A stretch of DNA of 28,874 nt from an uncultured Lachnospiraceae bacterium (GTDB lineage Bacteria; Bacillota; Clostridia; Lachnospirales; Lachnospiraceae): assembly GCA_910577675.1 (NCBI GenBank), contig CAJTOR010000005.1, positions 1 to 28,874 on the forward strand, in the 5' to 3' direction. The notes under the pieces are model-generated. The model searched no databases and was not told the DNA's origin. It saw nothing but the letters and a program-made list of their open reading frames with translations. Below, piece by piece: positions 18,059-26,331 of the stretch (the first letter of the stretch is position 1; each line of letters begins with the position of its first letter). A program made the translations under genes and the position numbers.

Positions 18059-20428
18059 TTATGCCCGGATGTCGAACGAGTACCGTTTCATTGATGTGCC
18101 GCCTGTTTCAGGCGATAACATATCGCGCACGGGGTTGGCAGCCCGGTCGCGCTTTTCGATGCGCGCGTCCAGTGTGTAGCCCTTGTTTTTCAGCATGGAA
18201 GCAAAATCCGATATATTCTCCGTGGTAAGCGAGGCGCTGATTGCATCCGGTAGATAAAATCTTGCTGTAACAATTGTTTCGGCAAGCGAGAGGTGGATAT
18301 CCATTGGCCCCATGTGTTCCATATCCAGATGCAACAGTACACTTGGGGCTTTGTTTGCTTTTGCCGCAGTCCGGCGGTTCGTATACACATATAATTCCGC
18401 GTGCGCATTTTTTCCGGAAAGTTTGAGCGGAAGCTGCACATAGGGGAAAAGCTGGTTCAGGGCTTTCATAAAATCGATATTTTCGCGGATCCCTGCGGCT
18501 GTATCCTGGAAAGCGGGTGCGTCCACACTGCGGGACGGGAGCTTTTCGATAAAGGAAAGGTCTTTGTCCAAGCGCTTGTAAAAGTCTGCGACACCATCCT
18601 CTTGCAACAGTGTTTCCGGCTTTAAGGAAAAGCGGTCTTTTAGCATATGCTTTAATATTTTCTGGTAGGATTCGGATGCCAGATAGGAGGATGAAGACGG
18701 GGAATCCCCCTCTTCGTCCTCCGCCTCAAGCAGCAGGGAGAGAAGTTTTTCCACTGTGATATCCCCATCTTCCAGTTCCTTCCTCGCACTTGCTGACAAC
18801 TTGCCTTTTAACAGGTTGGAAAGTTCCAGGCGCTTTGCCTTTGGCAGTATGGCACCCAGTTCGGAACGGTTAAGGCAGAGGGCGGAAAACTGGTTTACCA
18901 GCGAAAATATTTCTGCGGTCTGCAAGGCGGTTGGAAGGAGTGATGCCGCTTCCGGCAAAATGGCAGAGAGCGGGGTGGGTGGTGGAGCCTGCATATTCGT
19001 CGCCTTCGCTACATTGTTTCCGCCAAACAGGTTTCCGGCACTCTGTAAGAGGGAGCGGAAGAGGGAGGCGACAGTGGATGGCTGCGAGGCTTTTCCAGCC
19101 GCATTTTCGGGCGATGCGGTATTTCCGGCAGCCGTTGCATTTTTGGATTTATCCATGACATTCCCAGGGCTTGCGGCAGAATCCTCGTTATTAACGCCTG
19201 CTTTCCCCGCACTTTCAGATATTTCCACTGTGCTACCCGCCGTATTTTCTGCCAGGGTGTTTGGTACATCACTCTTCTGTGCCGCATTTTCGGTGGTATC
19301 AGGCACCATAGTATCGGGGCTGGCTGCATCTGTACCTGGCAAGGTAGGGGCTCCCTCCGTATTATTAACTGTGCCATCCGGGGTTGCAATCCCCCCCATC
19401 TCCGTCTGCCCGCCGGAAGGATTCTGATTCTGCAACAGGTTTTCAGCCAGGGAAAGAATTTGCTGCACCACTTCCCTGAGCGTTGCGGAACCGTTTGCAA
19501 CCGCCGCGCACAATTCGCGGGAAAGTCCTGCCTGCTCGAGAGTATCGGCAAGCGTAAGTGCCTCCTCCTGTGTAAGAAGAGCCAGGGAGGAGAGAGGCAG
19601 GTCTGCGGCAGGAAGATTTGGAAGGGAAGTGCCGCCCGCAATATCTAAAGCAGAGGTATTGATATTGGCTCCATGTGCGGTATCCCCGCCAGAAATATTA
19701 TTGTTGTCAAATAACATATGGAGCAGTTCGCTGTTTAAAACCTCCGCCTCCGCCGCGTTCCCGCCGTTTAACAGGGAGGAGAGCGTGTCCGTAAATTCCC
19801 CTGCGGCGCGCTCTGCAAGCTGCATAATACGGTGTTCGTAATTCAGGTATGAGGTAAGCGCACGGGCGTTTACCTCGTTCACCGGCAAGCCCTGCTTGTG
19901 CAGGATGGCAAGCGTGTGGAACGAGATACCCCGCAGATTTGCAGACTGGCGCAGCATAAGCTGGATGGTGTTCTTATCGACGGAAAGCCCTTCGTCCAGG
20001 AGGGCGCGGACCATTGAAACATTGCGTTCCGAGCGCGGCAGACCTGCCGCGTCAAGCGCCTTGTCAATGGTAAGTTCCGTGGAAGCGGCGCGCGGGTCAG
20101 TCATAAGTTTTAGGGAGACGAGGGAGCCGCTTGCCTCCGTTACGCGGAATGTGGCCTGCTCCCCGATGGCAAGCTGCACGGCATCATCGATATTTCCGGT
20201 AAGGACATGGCTGTCCGGAAGCTGAATTTTAATCTCATGTCCGCGCAGGTCGATAACCTCCCCGCGGACAAACTGCCCCTGTGAGAAATTGACACCCTGT
20301 GCGCGCCCCTGGACCTGCGTGGCGGCAGAAGAATTGCCGCCGCTTGAAACGGCTTTTCCCGTCTTTGAGAAGCGGCCAGAAAGCGGAGTATTGGTTGAAT
20401 TAGTAATGCGTTGATCGTAACCGGGCAT
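18059..20428 (-). CDS. Large low-complexity (Ala/Ser/Thr/Asn/Gly-rich) protein with FliK-like (Flg_hook-type) C-terminal domain; orphan, no flagellar neighbours
   Basis: Start moved to MPGYDQRITN, where an AAAGGA SD lies upstream of the ATG. The ORF-track N-terminal 40 aa lack an RBS. The C-terminal ~90 aa (SVLLHLDMEHMGPMDIHLSLAETIVTARFYLPDAISASLTTENISDFASMLKNKGYTLDARI) follow the alternating hydrophobic pattern of FliK C-terminal domains. The central ~300 aa are low complexity. No signal peptide. Confidence 0.6.
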   Translation of the reverse strand: MPGYDQRITNSTNTPLSGRFSKTGKAVSSGGNSSAATQVQGRAQGVNFSQGQFVRGEVIDLRGHEIKIQLPDSHVLTGNIDDAVQLAIGEQATFRVTEASGSLVSLKLMTDPRAASTELTIDKALDAAGLPRSERNVSMVRALLDEGLSVDKNTIQLMLRQSANLRGISFHTLAILHKQGLPVNEVNARALTSYLNYEHRIMQLAERAAGEFTDTLSSLLNGGNAAEAEVLNSELLHMLFDNNNISGGDTAHGANINTSALDIAGGTSLPNLPAADLPLSSLALLTQEEALTLADTLEQAGLSRELCAAVANGSATLREVVQQILSLAENLLQNQNPSGGQTEMGGIATPDGTVNNTEGAPTLPGTDAASPDTMVPDTTENAAQKSDVPNTLAENTAGSTVEISESAGKAGVNNEDSAASPGNVMDKSKNATAAGNTASPENAAGKASQPSTVASLFRSLLQSAGNLFGGNNVAKATNMQAPPPTPLSAILPEAASLLPTALQTAEIFSLVNQFSALCLNRSELGAILPKAKRLELSNLLKGKLSASARKELEDGDITVEKLLSLLLEAEDEEGDSPSSSSYLASESYQKILKHMLKDRFSLKPETLLQEDGVADFYKRLDKDLSFIEKLPSRSVDAPAFQDTAAGIRENIDFMKALNQLFPYVQLPLKLSGKNAHAELYVYTNRRTAAKANKAPSVLLHLDMEHMGPMDIHLSLAETIVTARFYLPDAISASLTTENISDFASMLKNKGYTLDARIEKRDRAANPVRDMLSPETGGTSMKRYSFDIRA

Positions 20429-20541
20429 GGGGGAATCCTTTCTGTGGTAAATTATAAATAATATATAATTATTTATCGGAAGATTGTGGGGAAAATATAA
20501 GGGAATCCCAAATTCTTTTTTATCCTCTTCCAGCAAGAAGA

Positions 20542-20562
20542 CTCCCACCTCTTAGGTGGGAG
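20542..20562. promoter_or_regulatory. Perfect 9-bp/3-nt-loop hairpin or palindromic operator CTCCCACCT-ctt-AGGTGGGAG in the divergent intergenic region
   Basis: Read directly. Not followed by a T-run on either strand, so more likely a dimeric-regulator site than a terminator. Confidence 0.4.
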
Positions 20563-20594
20563 ATGAATTGTGACCCTTATCCACTTGACTTTTG

Positions 20595-20624
20595 TTGGCA
20601 TTTGGGATGGAGGAGTGGTATAAT
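20595..20624 (+). promoter_or_regulatory. Sigma-A-like promoter with extended -10 (-35 TTGGCA, 18-nt spacer, TGgTATAAT) upstream of the GNAT gene
   Basis: Hexamers read directly. ~165 nt upstream of the ATG at 20788. Confidence 0.45.
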
Positions 20625-20787
20625 TAAAGTAATAAATATATTTTAGGGATTTTGTAAATGAAATTTTGGGAATGGAAAAATATGGGAACTAAACAAGCAG
20701 GTTTGTCCACTGTGTGGTAATATGGCGATTGTCCGCCGTAAAGATCTGCGATGGATATATGCCCGCCTGATAGTTAAGGAGAACGAG

Positions 20788-21204
20788 ATGGAATTGAAAG
20801 TAGTGACAGAGTATGATAAAGAATTTGTTATGAGTATTGATAAGCATGTGGACGATGTGGCTTATGCCAGCCGGGTATATACAAAATCCGGTTATGTTAT
20901 CTGGGTGGGAGATGAGCGGGCTGGAATAATATCACATTGTATTCTGTGGGATAATCTTCCATTTATGAATTTACTATTTGTTAAGGAGGAGTACCGGCAT
21001 AAAGGGTATGCAAAGCAGGCAATTATCAGTTGGGAAAATGAAATGAAAAAACGGGGTTATAAGATGACGCTGATTTCCACGCAGGTTGATGAGGGGGCAC
21101 AGCATCTGTATAGGAAACTGGGATATGTGGATTGCGGTGGATTGGTATTTCATAACACGCCGTTTGACCAGCCCATGGAAATGTTTTTTAGGAAAGTTTT
21201 GTAG
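20788..21204 (+). CDS. GNAT-family N-acetyltransferase
   Basis: AAGGAG RBS 6 nt upstream of ATG. Acetyl-CoA binding motif A region: LFVKEEYRHKGYAKQAI...RKLGY. Low GC relative to the flanks. Confidence 0.8.
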   Translation: MELKVVTEYDKEFVMSIDKHVDDVAYASRVYTKSGYVIWVGDERAGIISHCILWDNLPFMNLLFVKEEYRHKGYAKQAIISWENEMKKRGYKMTLISTQVDEGAQHLYRKLGYVDCGGLVFHNTPFDQPMEMFFRKVL

Positions 21205-21409
21205 GTGAGTTTTGTAAGTAAGTTTTGTGAGTAAATCTCATACAAAACTGATTTGTTATATTATGAAAATGGTTTATGGATTAGTTCGATTTCGTGCATT
21301 GAAGATAACTATTTTTTACACATTCGGTTAAAATAGGGCTTGGCAGGGATAATTAATCTGCTTTACATGAAACGTTTTGCCACCGCGAAACTATCTTTCC
21401 CATCTCATA

Positions 21410-21443
21410 GCGGCAGTAGAAAAAAACTCTGCCGCCTTTTTTG
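21410..21443 (+). terminator. Intrinsic terminator (GCGGCAG-N12-CTGCCGC + TTTTTTG)
   Basis: Stem and U-tract read directly. Lies ~200 nt downstream of the GNAT stop. Confidence 0.55.
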
Positions 21444-21624
21444 TGTATTTTACGGGGGAATTATTATAATTTTGATTGATAACTTGACATGGGGATGTGC
21501 AGTATGATATCTTAAACTATCCGAAAAAATAATTGGGGGCGGGGGAAATAGTATAATTTTAGAATTTTGACAAAGCGGTTGGTGGAAAGTCTAGCACAGG
21601 CACTGGAAAAATGGAGGGATTTTT

Positions 21625-22293
21625 ATGCTGTTGATTCAGAACATTCGACTTAGTTGGGATAAAAATGAGCGCGGGGCAAAAGGTGAGGATGTGCGCCGTT
21701 CATTTCCGCCCGCCTATCCGGTGGGACATCAGCTTTTTGGGGAGGCAGTTGTCCAGAACCTGTACTTTTATCAGGAAGAAGACCGCATAATGGATTATAA
21801 TCAGGCAGAATATTTTTTCATGGAAAAGAGTCTGCCGCGAATCGGGTTTACGAAGGAGCAGGCAGCAGAGGAGGCAAAAAAGCGGATTGAATGGACAAAA
21901 AAGCATCAGTACCAGAGCTATCCTTCCATCGATGCGCTGAATTTGGCGAACCTGTCCGTCTGTGCAAAGGAAAATCAGGTAGAGATCACATTTTTCTATG
22001 ATGAACAGCGCAGCGGCGTGCCCGTCCGCAGAGGACATAACAAGGATTTCCTAAATCCGGACTCAAGGTTTTACCAGAAGGATAATCTGAATGAAACTGC
22101 CTTTATATTAGGAAAAAATCAATATGGGCGGATTATATGGAATGAGAGAAAGGTGGATTACGACCAGGGGACATGGTATTATGAATTCCATATTTATAAT
22201 TTGATTTATTTAACAGAAAATAAATTCCCGGATAATATTTTTCTTCAGACCGAGCCTGATTATATATATCGCCAGCTTGCAAGACTGTATTGA
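21625..22293 (+). CDS. Hypothetical protein (222 aa, soluble, Tyr/Asn/Phe-rich, low GC), no recognisable family
   Basis: GGAGGG RBS 7 nt upstream of ATG. Clean ORF. AT-rich codon usage distinct from the core genes. Confidence 0.6.
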   Translation: MLLIQNIRLSWDKNERGAKGEDVRRSFPPAYPVGHQLFGEAVVQNLYFYQEEDRIMDYNQAEYFFMEKSLPRIGFTKEQAAEEAKKRIEWTKKHQYQSYPSIDALNLANLSVCAKENQVEITFFYDEQRSGVPVRRGHNKDFLNPDSRFYQKDNLNETAFILGKNQYGRIIWNERKVDYDQGTWYYEFHIYNLIYLTENKFPDNIFLQTEPDYIYRQLARLY

Positions 22294-22449
22294 TTTCGCA
22301 TGGCGGGGACAGATCAGTTATTGTATTGTTTCGGGAAATTTTTTGCAGTTTCCCCGTTTTGGAAATTAAATATATATTTTTGTATAATAAAACAGGGAAA
22401 CTGCAAGGATGTTTAATTTTAAACAGAGTTAAGAATATTTCTCCGATTT

Positions 22450-23940
22450 CTATAATGTATGGATAAATTTAAGGAACGCTTCTTTCCCCGATGGGGTGCG
22501 CTTAAATACACCTGCGTCGGCGAGAACCTCGGCAAAGACTGCGCCGATTTCCTCCTTCACGATATCATTTGCATTCTCTGCCGCAATATCATTCCTGCGC
22601 GCGCGGATCTCATTAAGCCAGGTGGCATGTGGTTCCATCTCCGGATGTTCTTTTATATCGACACCGTTTAAAAGCATTTCTGCCATTGTGCCAAGCTCAT
22701 TTGCAAGCCGCCCCGGGAGCACGGCGAGCCCCATCACCTCAATCAGTCCGATATTTTCCTTTTTGATATGGTGAAGCGTTGGGTTCGGGTGGTAAAGACC
22801 GAGCGGACGCTCCTTCGTTGTCAGGTTATTGCGCAGAACAAGGTCACATTCAAAAAGTTCGCCGCGCCTGCGGGCAATCGGTGTGATTGTATTATGCGGT
22901 GTGCCATCCGTTTCGGCGAAAACGGTTGCCGACTCATCCGTGTAAGCCCTCCACGCGTTAAGCACCTTTGCGCAGGCGCGGGAGAGTGTGGTGCGGTCGG
23001 CACTCTGTAAGCGGATTACGGACATCGGCCATTTGACAATGCCAGCCGTGATATTTTCAAAACCCGGGAGCATGAAATGTTCCTCAATCGGCGCGGTTTC
23101 CATAGCGAATGTGTAATGCCCGCCCTGGAAATGCTCGTGACTCAGAATTGAGCCGCCCACAATCGGAAGGTCAGCGTTGGAGCCGATAAAATAGTGGGGC
23201 AGGAATTCGAGAACATCAAATAACTTATCAAATACTGCATTGTCAATCTGCATCGGAATATGTTCCTCGCGGAATACAATACAGTGCTCATTATAATAGC
23301 CGTATGGGGAATATTGTAAATACCATGCCGAGCCATTTACCGTCATCGGAACCGGGCGAAGGTTCTGGCGTGCCGGGTGGGAAACAGTGCCGGCGAAGCC
23401 TGTATTTTCGATGCAGAGTTGGCAGGCAGGGTAGGAAACTTTGGTGGCAAGTTTCGCCGCGGCAATGTCGCGCGGGTCTTTCTCCGGCTTTGAGCGGTTG
23501 ATTGTAATATCGAGCGAACCGTATTCACTCTCGTAAACCCAGTGTAAATCTTTTGCAATGCGCGCGGCGCGGACATAGTCGGTGTCCTTGCTGAACTGAT
23601 AGTACCAGTCGGTTGCAGCCTCGGGACTTTTTTCGTACACTTCTTTAAATTTTGAGATCACTTCCCTTGGCATAGGGGTTAAAATTCCCATCAATTTAGT
23701 GTCGAAACGGTCGCGGGCGGAAGTTGTGTCCTCGATGATGCCCTGTAGTATGGCATGGTCAACCAGTGCGGTTAAGATTTCTTCAAGCGGGAGTTTTTCC
23801 GTGGGAGTGGGGGTTTCCCACTGGGAAACATGCAGCACATCCATAAGCTGGTTGCGCGCGCAGATTTCATCATCCGCGGTAATAAGGTTCCTTGCAATGC
23901 CGTAGTCAAGCAGTGCCTTTATTGCATCGATAACGTTCAT
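22450..23940 (-). CDS. galT: UDP-glucose--hexose-1-phosphate uridylyltransferase (galactose-1-phosphate uridylyltransferase, long type-2 Firmicutes form)
   Basis: 496-aa ORF. The N-terminal ~100 aa and the conserved core (NRSKPEKDPRDIAAAKL...LQYSPYGYYNEHCIVF...GSNADLPIVGGSILSHEHFQGG...) are recognised as type-2 GalT. An AAAGG SD lies upstream. Confidence 0.82.
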   Translation of the reverse strand: MNVIDAIKALLDYGIARNLITADDEICARNQLMDVLHVSQWETPTPTEKLPLEEILTALVDHAILQGIIEDTTSARDRFDTKLMGILTPMPREVISKFKEVYEKSPEAATDWYYQFSKDTDYVRAARIAKDLHWVYESEYGSLDITINRSKPEKDPRDIAAAKLATKVSYPACQLCIENTGFAGTVSHPARQNLRPVPMTVNGSAWYLQYSPYGYYNEHCIVFREEHIPMQIDNAVFDKLFDVLEFLPHYFIGSNADLPIVGGSILSHEHFQGGHYTFAMETAPIEEHFMLPGFENITAGIVKWPMSVIRLQSADRTTLSRACAKVLNAWRAYTDESATVFAETDGTPHNTITPIARRRGELFECDLVLRNNLTTKERPLGLYHPNPTLHHIKKENIGLIEVMGLAVLPGRLANELGTMAEMLLNGVDIKEHPEMEPHATWLNEIRARRNDIAAENANDIVKEEIGAVFAEVLADAGVFKRTPSGKEAFLKFIHTL

Positions 23941-24253
23941 ATGTAATACCGCCTTTCGTTAATTTTGGGTTATGTCCAGTATATCATACTTTTGGCGGGA
24001 TGAAAAGATTAAAAAACATAATTTTTGTTAATAAGCAGGAAAAATGTTGGAAATGGATAATTTTATTTTCGGTGTTGGAATTATCACCGGTGTGGCAAAG
24101 GATTTACCACTTGCTTTTTTTATTTATATATGCTAGGATTAGCGTAATGAATTAGTACCCTGGCAACTGGATATGTCTTAGGCTGTTGCTGCAAGGTTTT
24201 CGTTTTTTCAGGGTATAAGAACGAGGGTGGCAATGGAGGGATTGGAGTATAGA

Positions 24254-25219
24254 ATGAATGCACATATTATAGGAACCGGGAGTTTTCTCCCTGAAAAGGT
24301 AGTTACAAACTTTGATTTAGCAGAGCGGATGGAAACGAATGATGAGTGGATTGTGAGCCGCACGGGTATCCGCCAGAGGCATATTGCAGTGGAGGAAAGT
24401 ACTGCGGGCATGGCGGCGGAGGCTGCGCGGAGGGCTCTTTCCTGCGCGGGAATGACGGCAGGGGAGCTGGAGATGATTCTTTTAGCCACGGTTTCCCCGG
24501 ATCATATTGTGCCAAGTGCAGCCTGTGAGGTACAGGCGATGCTCGGTGCCGTGAATGCGGTGGCAATCGAGCTTAATGCGGCATGTTCGGGATTTGTCTT
24601 CGCGCTGAATACGGCGCAGGCATATATCAGGGCGGGGATTTACTCCAGAATCCTTGTGATTGGAGTGGAAACCCTCTCAAAACTGGTGGACTGGACTGAC
24701 CGTTCCACCTGTATTCTGTTTGGGGACGGGGCGGGTGCAGCGGTGGTGACAGCATCCGAAAACAGGGGGATTCAGGATTTTATACAGTTTTCCGACGGCG
24801 CGAAGGGTGAGGCATTGCTGTGTGATGCGAAGCCGCTGCGCAATTTATTCGCGCACCAGGAACCTGCACAGGAATTTGTGAAGATGGACGGGCAGGAGGT
24901 GTTTAAATTTGCCGTGCGCCGCGTCAGTGAATCGATTGACCAGCTTTTAGAACGAAACGGTCTTACGGCGGGAGATATCGGGTGTTATGTTCTGCATCAG
25001 GCAAATGCCAGGATTATCGCTTCTGTGATAAAGCATCTGAAGGCGGATGCGGATAAATTTCCTATGAATGTGGAGCGCTGCGGCAACACTTCCGGGGCTT
25101 CCGTGCCATTGCTCTTAGATGAGCTTTCCCGCTCCGGCCGCCTGAGGGAGGGTGACCGGGTGATTATGTCCGGCTTTGGCGGGGGGCTGACCTGGGGAAG
25201 CATTTATATGATATGGTAA
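24254..25219 (+). CDS. fabH: 3-oxoacyl-[ACP] synthase III (KAS III); standalone, not in a fab cluster
   Basis: N-terminal sequence MNAHIIGTGSFLPEKVVTNFDLAERMETNDEWIVSRTGIRQRHIA. The catalytic Cys is in ELNAACSGFVFAL. His/Asn motifs: LHQANARI...GNTSGAS. The C-terminal GGGLTWG is typical of FabH. Start chosen at MNAH by homology to FabH N-termini. An alternative ATG lies at 24227. Confidence 0.88.
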   Translation: MNAHIIGTGSFLPEKVVTNFDLAERMETNDEWIVSRTGIRQRHIAVEESTAGMAAEAARRALSCAGMTAGELEMILLATVSPDHIVPSAACEVQAMLGAVNAVAIELNAACSGFVFALNTAQAYIRAGIYSRILVIGVETLSKLVDWTDRSTCILFGDGAGAAVVTASENRGIQDFIQFSDGAKGEALLCDAKPLRNLFAHQEPAQEFVKMDGQEVFKFAVRRVSESIDQLLERNGLTAGDIGCYVLHQANARIIASVIKHLKADADKFPMNVERCGNTSGASVPLLLDELSRSGRLREGDRVIMSGFGGGLTWGSIYMIW

Positions 25220-25276
25220 AAAATTTGTTTTTGGCAGTCTGTCAGGCTTGCAGGGGTATTGTGGGCGGGTATATGG

Positions 25277-25540
25277 TGTAATGTCCTTCGATATTATACC
25301 ATGTCGTTCCAACATGCTAAGCGTATTTATGCGCTTTCCCTGCGGGACGTGCACACGGTTCGCCAAGGAAGATGTCCTCCCTTTGGTCGGACGGCGAACC
25401 GGCGCAAGTATAATATCTTTTGATATATTACCATGTCGTTCCAACATGCTAAGCGCATTTATGCGCTTTCCCTGCGGGGCATGCACAAGATTTGCCAAAG
25501 AAATTATCCGCCTTTTGGTCGCATGGTAAATCAGCGATGA
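25277..25540. repeat. Tandem direct repeat, 2 copies of ~132 bp at ~85% identity (about 25277-25408 and 25409-25540)
   Basis: Units aligned by eye. Both share ...TA(T)TACCATGTCGTTCCAACATGCTAAGCG(T/C)ATTTATGCGCTTTCCCTGCGGG... and a conserved CCAAGG/CCTTTGG hairpin. The period is a multiple of 3. Confidence 0.75.
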
Positions 25541-25726
25541 ATTTTGACCAAAGGGAGAAAATTTTCATCAGTGAATTATATACATTCCCTGGGGGAATAT
25601 GGATGAAGGACATGGTCAAATATAAATAATTTGAGAGATTGGCAGTGGGATGGTATGTATATTTTGTATGCTCCCGAAAAAATCCGGGAAAAAATTTAAA
25701 AATTTTCAAATTGTGCTTGACAATTC

Positions 25727-25756
25727 GGAAAAAAAGGTGCATAATAAATGAGCAAC
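25727..25756 (+). promoter_or_regulatory. Sigma-A promoter for the tRNA operon (-35 TTGACA 25727-25732, -10 TGcATAATA region 25748-25756)
   Basis: Consensus -35 and TG-extended -10 at 17-18-nt spacing, ~55 nt upstream of tRNA-Pro. Confidence 0.55.
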
Positions 25757-25810
25757 GTCACTGATGCGTTCTTTGTCAAATAGAGGGAGGATGCGGGGCA
25801 GTTGTTACTT

Positions 25811-25884
25811 CGAGGCGTGGCTCAGTTTGGTAGAGCGCTGCGTTCGGGACGCAGAGGTCGCAAGTTCGAATCTTGTCGCCTCGA
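25811..25884 (+). tRNA. tRNA-Pro (anticodon CGG)
   Basis: Cloverleaf folded by hand. Acceptor pair CGAGGCG/CGCCTCG, D-arm GCTC-AGTTTGGTA-GAGC, anticodon stem-loop CTGCG-TTCGGGA-CGCAG with G37, T-arm GCAAG-TTCGAAT-CTTGT, discriminator A. CCA not encoded. Confidence 0.9.
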
Positions 25885-25904
25885 TTTTGTGCGAAAGCGC
25901 AAGT

Positions 25905-25977
25905 GCTGGAATAGCTCAGCCGGTAGAGCACTTCACTCGTAATGAAGGGGTCGTCAGTTCAAATCTGATTTCCAGCT
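25905..25977 (+). tRNA. tRNA-Thr (anticodon CGU)
   Basis: Acceptor pair GCTGGAA/TTCCAGC, D-arm GCTC-AGCCGGTA-GAGC, anticodon stem-loop CTTCA-CTCGTAA-TGAAG, T-arm GTCAG-TTCAAAT-CTGAT, discriminator T. CCA not encoded. Confidence 0.9.
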
Positions 25978-25978
25978 T

Positions 25979-26018
25979 ACCGTGTAAAGAATCGTGAGGG
26001 TATCACGGTTCTTTTTTT
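25979..26018 (+). terminator. Intrinsic terminator after the tRNA pair
   Basis: Stem ACCGTG...CACGGT (inner CGTGA-gggta-TCACG) followed by TCTTTTTTTGT. Confidence 0.65.
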
Positions 26019-26252
26019 GTGCATGCGGACGGGGAACAGAATATTCAGCCCGGGTTCGTGCAGACAAATATGCCAAAGAAATAAAATGTTTTAAGACCGC
26101 CCGACAAAAAGGGAGAAGATGCTAGATAGGGTGAGCCCGAAAACTTATTCCCGCCATCTGCGCCCCCTGATTTGATGCGAAATGGCGCAAATTTTGATGC
26201 ACGGGTGATAGAAAGAAATTTTTTGACAATACATACCAGAAGGGGGCTTTGC

Positions 26253-26280
26253 TTGACAGAATAGATAAAAGCGTTATAAT
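26253..26280 (+). promoter_or_regulatory. Sigma-A promoter for the histidine-kinase fusion gene (-35 TTGACA 26253-26258, 16-nt spacer, -10 TATAAT 26275-26280)
   Basis: Consensus hexamers read directly, ~50 nt upstream of the GGAGG RBS/ATG at 26332. Confidence 0.6.
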
Positions 26281-26331
26281 GAAACTATTAAAAACATCAT
26301 CGCTTAACTAAAATTTATGGAGGACTGATTT

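Noticed and set aside
18756-19427. 223-aa plus-strand ORF (and 19009-19641 minus, 19896-20225 plus) within the FliK-like gene
   Set aside because: These overlap the low-complexity Ala/Ser-rich region, where any frame is open. There are no translation signals.
20429-20548. N-terminal 40-aa extension of the 829-aa ORF (MGVFLLEEDKKEFGIPLYFP...)
   Set aside because: There is no RBS, and it runs through the 9-bp palindrome and promoter region. The internal ATG at 20428 has an AAAGGA SD.
21205-21260. Short tandem GTTTTGT(A/G)AGTAA x2 followed by an inverted copy (TACAAAAC) right after the GNAT stop
   Set aside because: Most simply a terminator-like hairpin formed by a local duplication. It is too short to call a distinct element.
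25115-25498. 127-aa minus-strand ORF with internal repeat (HxPQGKRINxLSMLERHGxISKDI) covering the 132-bp tandem repeat
   Set aside because: It overlaps the 3' end of fabH antisense. Differences between repeat copies are mostly non-synonymous in this frame, unlike the plus-strand frame. It is most likely a by-product of the DNA repeat.
25277-25540. Possibility that the tandem repeat is a CRISPR array
   Set aside because: Only two units of 132 bp, directly abutting with no unique spacers. There is no cas gene in the window.
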